DNA of 64,000 nucleotides from an uncultured Bacteroides sp. (GTDB taxonomy: Bacteria > Bacteroidota > Bacteroidia > Bacteroidales > UBA932), in NCBI GenBank assembly GCA_945874355.1, contig CAMCGB010000002.1, positions 137,475 to 201,474 on the forward strand. Direction: 5' to 3'. The notes under the pieces are model-generated. The model had not been told where the DNA came from. It worked only from the letters and a program-made list of their open reading frames with translations, and did no database searches. Position 1 is the stretch's first letter. Each line of letters opens with the position of its first letter. A program made the position numbers and the translations under genes. Below are positions 17,450 to 24,290 of the stretch, piece after piece.

Positions 17450-18619
17450 TTATACATAAATATCGAACTCTCCGCTGCCCCATTCGCTCTGGTCCGGAGC
17501 CCAGAAGATGAGGTTGGAGTCGTTGTTGAAGGTTATATTGACCGTTATCTTCCGGTTCATTACCAGTCTGTTGCCCGACGCGGCGAACAGGTCCTTGAGG
17601 CTCACCTCGGCTGTGGTCGGAGCATTGTTGTCCACGGAGCCGTCTTCCTTATAGGTCCTTTTGATATAGGTAATCTTCAGTTTTGCGTCCTCGCTTGTGA
17701 ACTGTTGGGGAAGAAGGTACAGGTAGGTTTTCCCGCCTAGAGAATTGGCCGCGATAGCTGTTGACCCTGAACTTTGATAAGGAATCCTCAGCCCGCTATC
17801 GTTATTGTACCAGGTGTAATTGTATTTGGGCGAAGAGGCGGCCACGTTCCACTGGCCTATGGAGCCGGCGGCAGGAGCGTTGACTATGAAAGTGCCCTTT
17901 TGGGGGTAGCCTGTTATCTCTATTTTGGTGACGAGGTAAGTGATGTCAGACTGGGTATATTTTTTCTCGGAGGAGCCGTCGTGGCCGTGCTCGTAGTCCT
18001 TGAAAGTGTTGAAATTGAAGCCCACAAGCATCGAGAGCTTGTGACGGAAGACGGTGGGAACACCGGTGAGCCAGCCTCCGGTGGAGGAGGTGTTGCCGCT
18101 CTGGTCAGTGATAAGGTCTGCCACCATAATGTCGGTGTCCTGATGCTCATTCACATCCCAGTCGGTGATTTTGATTCCGTCCTCGGCGGTGCAGCTGACG
18201 GCCGAGCCGAGGCTCGAAGGACTTGCGGCAAAGAAGCTGAGCCTGCCCGCTTTGGGCCAGTAGTACGACACTCCTTCCTTCCAATTTGTGCCGACCCAGA
18301 CTACATTCTTCCAGGCGTGTTTTGAAGATACATATCCTATGGTGACGCCAAACGTTTCGCCGCCTATATACCTCTCGGCATCCTTGTTGTTTTTGCTCCA
18401 GCTCTTCCCGTCAGGCAGGTACCACGCCCAGGAGAGGAAGGTGTCGCTGGTGTTGTATGCCGAGGCCTTGGTGGGGACGTCCTGGATGACTTGCCAGCTC
18501 AGCTGCACCGCCTCCGCCTCCCGCTGCTCTATCTTCGCGCATCCGGAAAGTATCGCCAGGGCCAAAGTGCCTAGTATGTATGCGTCAACTCGCATCGTCG
18601 TTTTCGTCTTCTTTGTCAT
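17450..18619 (-). CDS. fimbrillin-family lipoprotein
   Basis: Lipobox ILSGC, PTKASA motif and YYWPKAGRLSFFAASP block. Confidence 0.65.
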   Translation of the reverse strand: MTKKTKTTMRVDAYILGTLALAILSGCAKIEQREAEAVQLSWQVIQDVPTKASAYNTSDTFLSWAWYLPDGKSWSKNNKDAERYIGGETFGVTIGYVSSKHAWKNVVWVGTNWKEGVSYYWPKAGRLSFFAASPSSLGSAVSCTAEDGIKITDWDVNEHQDTDIMVADLITDQSGNTSSTGGWLTGVPTVFRHKLSMLVGFNFNTFKDYEHGHDGSSEKKYTQSDITYLVTKIEITGYPQKGTFIVNAPAAGSIGQWNVAASSPKYNYTWYNNDSGLRIPYQSSGSTAIAANSLGGKTYLYLLPQQFTSEDAKLKITYIKRTYKEDGSVDNNAPTTAEVSLKDLFAASGNRLVMNRKITVNITFNNDSNLIFWAPDQSEWGSGEFDIYV

Positions 18620-18660
18620 TGGAACCCGCCAAGGCGGTCAAGCCCAGGCGGATTAGAGGG

Positions 18661-19701
18661 TTAAATAGTAATATCAATATTCTCAGTATTCCAAGGGTCT
18701 TCAGCAGGATCCCAAAGAATCTCGTCAAGACCTATTTTAAGTTTGAGAGTATACTCTGTACCTGCTTTCAGCTTTGAATCAGAAAGCAGTTCAGATAGCT
18801 TCTTTTTGTATACGTAATTGGTTGTGAGTGTTGTGCCGTAGTTTGTCGTTACAGAATAATTAACTACAATCTGTTCATCAGTCAATGACTGAGGCAGAAG
18901 TATGCACAAATCATCGCCTGATATGTTAAGAGCAGTTTCGCTATTGTTAATTTCAGTAGCAGTGTCCGGAGTATAAAGATTAATGGATGCTTGCGTACCT
19001 TCAGTTGTCCATGTTCCTGCAATAGGATTAATTGAGGCATCAGTTCCTTGCTTGTAGGTACCTGTTGAATAAAGATTATCTATAGTGATAGATGTAATCT
19101 TAATTTTAGCACTGGTATAGTTATCGGAAGTCTTTGCTGAAAGTTTAAGACTTGATAAGATATGTTGGAATACGGTAGGAACTCCTGCTGCCCAAGTTGA
19201 AGAACTAGAACCTGCTGAATTATCTGCAGGATTATTAGTTTTGTCTGCAGCAATCTTTGCCACCATCAAATCAGTATTTGCAGCGGTAGTAACGTAGGAA
19301 GTAAAGGTAATACCTTGATCAGAAGGACATGAGACTACGCTACTTGTTGGATCATTCGTATTATCCGTCCAAGCGAAGAAAGTCAAGCTACCCTGCTTAG
19401 GCCAGTAGTATTTGGAGGCAGCAGCCCAAGCGGGTTGACTATTGATGTAATTGTCATGATAATAAATCTTTTGCCCATTAATGTAAAGGGTTTTTGTTGT
19501 TGCAGAGGCCCATGACTCTGTTTCAGGAACCAAGTAAGCATAAGAAATAAAAGCTTTACCCGTACCTAAAGGTGAAGCAGCTTTGGTGCTGATGGTCTGG
19601 AAGGTGATCTCCTGGTCGGGGGCCACGCTAACGACCTCGTTTTTGGTGCAGGCGGCAAGTGCTACACAAGCCAGACCCGCGATAATAAGTGATTTTTTCA
19701 T
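18661..19701 (-). CDS. fimbrillin-family lipoprotein, first gene of the minus-strand operon (candidate major stalk subunit)
   Basis: Lipobox ALAAC, STKAAS motif and YYWPKQGSLTFFAW block. Clearly AT-richer than the downstream pilin genes. Confidence 0.65.
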   Translation of the reverse strand: MKKSLIIAGLACVALAACTKNEVVSVAPDQEITFQTISTKAASPLGTGKAFISYAYLVPETESWASATTKTLYINGQKIYYHDNYINSQPAWAAASKYYWPKQGSLTFFAWTDNTNDPTSSVVSCPSDQGITFTSYVTTAANTDLMVAKIAADKTNNPADNSAGSSSSTWAAGVPTVFQHILSSLKLSAKTSDNYTSAKIKITSITIDNLYSTGTYKQGTDASINPIAGTWTTEGTQASINLYTPDTATEINNSETALNISGDDLCILLPQSLTDEQIVVNYSVTTNYGTTLTTNYVYKKKLSELLSDSKLKAGTEYTLKLKIGLDEILWDPAEDPWNTENIDITI

Positions 19702-19888
19702 AAACTATAGTTTGAAATTATAATTTTTATATCCATATCTTCCTGTTTATTCATTTTCCCAATTTTCTATCCATCTCATTTTTAATCCATTACCCTGCTC
19801 ATTAAAGCCTACGAAGCATAGTCTTTAATTTTTTTCATCTATAATTCAGGTTCTGCCCTTGTAAAACATAATTCAACACTAAAACGAT

Positions 19889-20914
19889 ATGGATAGACCA
19901 AGAAACAATTCAATGGAACCGATGAGACTCTATCTGGGGATAGATGTCGACGGTGTGCGGGAATACCAGTCAATCGGGCTTTTGACTCTCCCCGAAAAAG
20001 CTGCTCCTGTAAAGGACAAGGAGTTTGCACTGACTGAGTATCTGATTCAGTATGAGTCCGATAGGGGAGAGTTTAGCTCTTCGACCCTGAAGGGCCGCTC
20101 GGATATGCGTAAGAAGGTGGAAGAGTACCTGCGGCAAGCGGGAACCCCCTCCCTTCCGATAAGCAGTGTGGATGCTGAGTTCTGCAGGGGGTTCATCGAC
20201 TATCTGAAGACAGCAAGGAATAGCGTCAGTACGAAAGAGCAAAAGACGATTTCAAAAGGTTGCGCCCATCACCATCAGACTGTCTTTTGCGCCGCGCTCA
20301 ATAAAGCGGTCAAGGAAGGCTACCTGCCTTCCAATCCGATGAACTGTCTGGATCAGAGGGAGAAGTTGCGCTCGTGCCCGAAGGAGCGGGACTATCTTAC
20401 GATTGACGAACTGCGGCGTATGATAAAGCAGGACTGCGGCAATCCGGAAGTCAAGCTGGCCTTCCTGTTCTCCTGCTTCACAGGCTTGCGGCTCAGTGAT
20501 GTGCGAACGCTGACATGGGCGGACGTGCATAAGTCTCCGGATGGGCAATCGTCTTATATTCACGTGTTTATGCAGAAGACTCAAAAGCCGAACAATATCC
20601 CTTTATCTTCCCAGGCCCTGAAATGTATGCCGCCGGGGAGGGAGGCTGACGAGAGGGTGTTTGACCTGCCGTCGAGCGATGCGACCATCAATTATCACAT
20701 CAAGAAATGGGCAAGGAATGCGGGAGTGTCGAAGTGCCTTTCGTATCACTGTAGCCGCCATACCTTCGCGACTATGATGCTCACTCTCGGGGCGGATGTC
20801 TATACGACAAGCAAGCTGCTCGGGCATTCGAGTGTCACGACGACGGCCATCTACGCCAAGATAGTGGACAAGAAGAAGGAAGCGACCGTCAATCTGGTCA
20901 GCAGTGTCTTCTGA
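19889..20914 (+). CDS. tyrosine-type site-specific recombinase/integrase
   Basis: Catalytic signature present: GLRLSDV (Arg), HCSRHTFAT (H-x-x-R), LLGHSS, AIYAKI (Tyr). The N-terminal arm-type domain looks short. Divergent from the pilus operon. Confidence 0.85.
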   Translation: MDRPRNNSMEPMRLYLGIDVDGVREYQSIGLLTLPEKAAPVKDKEFALTEYLIQYESDRGEFSSSTLKGRSDMRKKVEEYLRQAGTPSLPISSVDAEFCRGFIDYLKTARNSVSTKEQKTISKGCAHHHQTVFCAALNKAVKEGYLPSNPMNCLDQREKLRSCPKERDYLTIDELRRMIKQDCGNPEVKLAFLFSCFTGLRLSDVRTLTWADVHKSPDGQSSYIHVFMQKTQKPNNIPLSSQALKCMPPGREADERVFDLPSSDATINYHIKKWARNAGVSKCLSYHCSRHTFATMMLTLGADVYTTSKLLGHSSVTTTAIYAKIVDKKKEATVNLVSSVF

Positions 20915-20938
20915 TTGGTTTGCGCTGTCTCCTGGTTG

Positions 20939-20983
20939 CTCGGGGCGGATGTCTATACGACAGGCAAGCAGCTCGGCCATTCG
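20939..20983 (+). pseudogene. 45-nt duplicated fragment of the recombinase 3' coding region
   Basis: 42/45 nt identical to 20786..20830 (codons LGADVYTT.K.LGHS). After GHS it diverges and lacks the catalytic Tyr block. Confidence 0.7.
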
Positions 20984-21154
20984 CTCTCTCGTGCCAAATC
21001 AAAAATTATTCGTACATTTGCATTGTTGATTCCCGATAGCCCCTGAAGCAATTCAAGCTACCGGGTTTAGTTTTTCATATCAGTACCTGTATCTCGATAC
21101 TGTTTTTATTGCTAAGATACGAATTTCCTTTAAGCATACAAATAACGACTCTCC

Positions 21155-21210
21155 GCTGATTTCTCCGCGCGCTTCGCTTGGTCGAAATGACAGTGTCAGG
21201 CGCTCGAAGT
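21155..21210 (+). repeat. dispersed intergenic repeat, copy B (degenerate)
   Basis: gatttctccgcgcgcttcgcttggtcgaaatgaca shares gatttctcc and the 16-nt cttggtcgaaatgaca with copy C, in the same orientation. Confidence 0.65.
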
Positions 21211-21302
21211 GGCACCCTTGCCGTCGAGCGGATTGACGTTTTTCCTCGACATAAAAGTATAACAATTTTGGCACAATTCATTGTTTTGTGCCAATTTTGT
21301 TA

Positions 21303-21310
21303 TATTTTTG
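21303..21310 (+). promoter_or_regulatory. -7 box TATTTTTG upstream of the AbiEi-like gene
   Basis: Matches TAnnTTTG. Lies 20 nt upstream of the ATG at 21330 and is preceded by TTTTG. Confidence 0.4.
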
Positions 21311-21329
21311 CACAAACGGGGAGGGACGA

Positions 21330-22070
21330 ATGACTATTACAGAGAATATTATCAGTTTCGCAGAGCAACAAGGCGGTTCTTTCAAAAAGAAAGATCTGCT
21401 GCAAGCGCAGCGTTCTGATGCTTTAGTCAACGAGGCCAGCCTATCGACATTACTGGGGCGTCTTGTGGCCAGAGGAAGGCTGGTGAAGAACGGATGGGGA
21501 GAGTATGCCCTTCCGGAAGGATACAAGCCTCGTTTTCTGGTTAGACCGCAAAAAGATGCAATGGATATAGGTAATGCGCTGAAGGAGCGTTATCCGCTGG
21601 TTAATTTCTGTATCTGGGATTCATTCTGTGTGGTGCCTTTCATGCTTCACGTACCCAATGTGAATATTACTGTCGTGGATGTTGAACGGGATATGGAGGC
21701 CACGGTTTTCGACGCACTGAAGGAAATGTACACACAATACATTGTCTTGCCACACCCCACTAAAAACGAATTCTATACTTACGGAGACAGCAAGGACTGC
21801 ATCGTTATCCATCCTCTCTATACCGAATCGCCTCTGGAATCATTCCGTGGCCTTCAGGTTCCTATGGCAGAAAAGCTATTGGTGGATATTGCGGTCAATC
21901 CGGAATTCGATTACCTTCAAGGCTCGGAAGTGTTCACCATCTTCGAACGCGTCTTCCGCAGCTGTTCGATATCACGTTCTGCCCTGCTTCGCTATGCGCG
22001 CCGCCGTGGCAGCATTGACTCCATACAACAAATAATATCAAACATTGACCTGACTACTGACTATGATTAA
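21330..22070 (+). CDS. AbiEi-like antitoxin/transcriptional regulator (wHTH N-terminus)
   Basis: N-terminal wHTH-like segment LSTLLGRLVARGRLVKNGWGEYAL. Its 8-nt overlap with the downstream nucleotidyltransferase gene gives the typical AbiE gene order. I prefer the ATG at 21330 over the TTG at 21288. Confidence 0.6.
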   Translation: MTITENIISFAEQQGGSFKKKDLLQAQRSDALVNEASLSTLLGRLVARGRLVKNGWGEYALPEGYKPRFLVRPQKDAMDIGNALKERYPLVNFCIWDSFCVVPFMLHVPNVNITVVDVERDMEATVFDALKEMYTQYIVLPHPTKNEFYTYGDSKDCIVIHPLYTESPLESFRGLQVPMAEKLLVDIAVNPEFDYLQGSEVFTIFERVFRSCSISRSALLRYARRRGSIDSIQQIISNIDLTTDYD

Positions 22071-23148
22071 TCCTGTAAGCCGTACACGGGAGTGGATAGA
22101 AACCCTCCGTATACAATACCCTTACATCAAAGACGCATCTCTGCTGGAGAAGAGCATCAGGGCATTCTCCCTGCTTGAATCATTGGTTCGCTCCGGTTGC
22201 CCTTTCGTGTTCAAGGGCGGCACGGCCCTTATGCTTCACCTTGGTTCCTCACGCAGGCTTAGTATAGACATTGACATTGTCTGCAAACCCGGAACAAACA
22301 TCTGGGACTACCTGGAATTATACGCGGGTGAGTATGGCTTTACAAGCGTGAAAGAAATTTCGCGGAAAGCACGTACCAATGTACCCAAAAGCCATGCTGC
22401 CTATGAATATCTGGTATCCTATCCGGCCGGATATTCAAGCGGGGCAATTTTGCTTGATGTTCTTTACGAGGATATTGACTACAGCCGAGTGCTTAGCATA
22501 CCCATCGAGAGCCCACTTCTAAAAACTGAAGGAGAACCTGTTTTAGTACAGATTCCCAGTCTTGAAGACATATTGGGAGATAAGCTCACGGCCTTCGCCC
22601 CACACACTACCGGAATTCCGTTCTTTAAGGACGAAAAACCCTTTTCAATGGAGATTATGAAGCAGCTCTTCGATATTAGTTCTATTCTGGACCGTACCGA
22701 CAGCCTGGAGATTGTCAGCAGAACCTTTCATAAACTTGTTCCGATTGAGCTAGGCTACCGCGGTCTGGATAAGCTGTCAGCCAAAGATGTTCTCAATGAT
22801 GCATTAGAGACAGCTATGAACATATGTTATTTCGGATCTCTCAACAAGCAGGAATACAATTATCTCACCGACGGTGCTCACCGTGTGAACGGCTTCATCC
22901 TTATCGAAAACTATACTATGGAACGTGCTGTCCGCGATGCAGCCAAAGTTGCATATTTGGTTCGCATGATTCAACTCGGAATCAATGAGGTACACCACTA
23001 TACCAAAGAAGCTGATATGGACCTTGCTACTGCGACGATTGAAGAGTTGTCACTAAACAAACTCAACCGCATCAAAAAGATTAACACAGAGGCTTTCTTC
23101 TATTGCCTACAACTGGAGCATCTAAATAAATTGCTGAGTGTCGGATAA
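22063..23148 (+). CDS. nucleotidyltransferase AbiEii/AbiGii-family toxin-like protein
   Basis: The motif FKGGTALMLHLGSSRRLSIDIDIV fits the AbiEii (DUF1814) G-G-T-A-L ... S.D(I/L)D signature. Confidence 0.7.
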   Translation: MINPVSRTREWIETLRIQYPYIKDASLLEKSIRAFSLLESLVRSGCPFVFKGGTALMLHLGSSRRLSIDIDIVCKPGTNIWDYLELYAGEYGFTSVKEISRKARTNVPKSHAAYEYLVSYPAGYSSGAILLDVLYEDIDYSRVLSIPIESPLLKTEGEPVLVQIPSLEDILGDKLTAFAPHTTGIPFFKDEKPFSMEIMKQLFDISSILDRTDSLEIVSRTFHKLVPIELGYRGLDKLSAKDVLNDALETAMNICYFGSLNKQEYNYLTDGAHRVNGFILIENYTMERAVRDAAKVAYLVRMIQLGINEVHHYTKEADMDLATATIEELSLNKLNRIKKINTEAFFYCLQLEHLNKLLSVG

Positions 23149-23160
23149 TTATAAGATGTC

Positions 23161-23234
23161 CCGCGCAGCTCAGATTTCTCCACGCGGCCTTCGGCCTTGG
23201 TCGAAATGACAAGTGGATGCGCGCAGGTCGAAAT
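23161..23234 (+). repeat. dispersed intergenic repeat, copy C
   Basis: Sequence cgcgcagctcagatttctccacgcggccttcggccttggtcgaaatgacaagtggatgcgcgcaggtcgaaat. A partial echo (gcggccttggaaatgacaag) lies at 23363..23382. Confidence 0.8.
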
Positions 23235-23237
23235 AGA

Positions 23238-23321
23238 TTTTTAGCATATTTAGGGCATTTTTTTGCTATTTTGTCGATTTCAGAGGCATTTTAGCAAATT
23301 TTGACCGCTTTTTTGCCATTT
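23238..23321. other. array of about nine helically phased T-tracts (predicted intrinsically bent DNA)
   Basis: T-runs start at 23238, 23249, 23258, 23269, 23278, 23289, 23299, 23309 and 23319. Spacings are 9-11 bp. Confidence 0.6.
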
Positions 23322-23396
23322 CGGATGAGCAGAGTAGGAGATGGGCGACAGGGGGAGTGGCTGCGGCCTTGGAAATGACAAGGAAGGAGCGGGGCG

Positions 23397-24116
23397 TTAG
23401 GAGAGCAGGGAGATAATCCCGGAGACGGCGAGGAAGGCATAGACAATCTTGCGCAGAAGCTTAATGTCAATACGCTCGGCTACCTTCCCTCCGACAAGCA
23501 ATCCGACAAACACAGCCGGAGCGCATACAGCCCAGTCAGTGAGCACCGTAGGCGTCACAAGACCGTGGGCGGCGCGGAAGAGGGTCATTATCAGATTGCC
23601 TATAAAGAAATACCACTGAGTCATCGCGATGTACTCCTGCTGGCTCTGGGCGGAGGAGATGAAATAAATCACAGCGGGCGGCCCCTGCATTGCAAACAGT
23701 CCGCCCATCACACCGGACAGCGAGCCGAGCCCCAGCTGCACACCCAAAGAAGGACGCAGACGTATCTTCTCGCTCAGAAAGAAAAAGTACAGGCTCACGC
23801 AGATAAGAACGCCGCCCAGAATCTTTTTCATCTCACCGCTCCCAGCCTTCGAAACAAAGAGCACCGCAAAAAACGAAACAGCCAGAAAGGTAAGCAAAAT
23901 GGGCAGCAGCTTACGCCAGGGCACCTGCTTGCGCATCCTTATGGCCGTGACAACAGATGTAAGGGCGCCGAGCATACCGGACAGGGCAGTGGCTTCACCG
24001 TAGGAGGGGAGAGCAAAGCTGAAGACCGTCATAGCTATGATGCCGAAACCGAAGCCCGACACCCTCTGAGTGAAACTCGCTAGAAGCGAGATGGCAAAAA
24101 CCCATAGCAGCGACAT
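23397..24116 (-). CDS. TauE/SafE-family (DUF81) anion exporter membrane protein
   Basis: Polytopic hydrophobic protein. The N-terminus SLLASFTQRVSGFGFGIIAM is typical of the family. Confidence 0.7.
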   Translation of the reverse strand: MSLLWVFAISLLASFTQRVSGFGFGIIAMTVFSFALPSYGEATALSGMLGALTSVVTAIRMRKQVPWRKLLPILLTFLAVSFFAVLFVSKAGSGEMKKILGGVLICVSLYFFFLSEKIRLRPSLGVQLGLGSLSGVMGGLFAMQGPPAVIYFISSAQSQQEYIAMTQWYFFIGNLIMTLFRAAHGLVTPTVLTDWAVCAPAVFVGLLVGGKVAERIDIKLLRKIVYAFLAVSGIISLLS

Positions 24117-24174
24117 AGTATCTTGTAATAAGCCCTACAAAGTAAGCAGGAATCGCGGCAACTGAACCGGGAAG

Positions 24175-24182
24175 CAAAGTTA
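24175..24182 (-). promoter_or_regulatory. -7 box TAACTTTG for the TauE-like gene
   Basis: The reverse complement of caaagtta matches TAnnTTTG. It lies about 59 nt upstream of the ATG at 24116. Confidence 0.35.
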
Positions 24183-24202
24183 CCAAAAAACACGGAGAAA
24201 CG

Positions 24203-24240
24203 AAAAAAGTGCCCTGGAGGCTTGTCCGGAGCACTTTTTT
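24203..24240. other. A6-stem-loop-T6 hairpin (terminator-like) in a divergent promoter region
   Basis: aaaaaagtgc...gcactttttt forms a perfect 10-bp stem around an 18-nt partly pairing loop. Confidence 0.5.
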
Positions 24241-24290
24241 GCTTATATTAGCAACTTAAATATTACCAAAAATAACCCAAAAAGTGTATT

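Noticed and set aside
19703-19726. Two adjacent 12-bp AT palindromes (aaactatagttt and aaattataattt) lie just upstream of the first pilin gene's start codon.
   Set aside because: Short pure-AT palindromes are common in AT-rich leaders. There is no partner site or spacing pattern to suggest a recombinase or regulator site.
21008-21123. A 7-bp inverted repeat (attcgta / tacgaat) flanks the orphan TACATTTG promoter box and might form an invertible promoter next to the recombinase.
   Set aside because: Seven base pairs with poor flanking complementarity is within chance expectation for a 400-bp AT-rich spacer. There is no second supporting feature.
21291-21310. A shared block TTTTGTTAT.TTTG(C) lies upstream of the AbiEi-like gene, queA (42214..42228) and the WYL gene (63124..63138). 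I considered it a common regulatory element.
   Set aside because: It is essentially the generic Bacteroidota -7 box with a T-rich upstream extension. Three occurrences, one of them at a housekeeping gene, do not support a specific regulon.
21075-21526. Small ORFs 21075..21281, 21080..21274, 21278..21526 and 19839..20030.
   Set aside because: They run across the dispersed repeat or the promoter region, or lie antisense to the AbiEi-like gene start. Peptides of the SFRPSEARGEIS type are the translated repeat itself.
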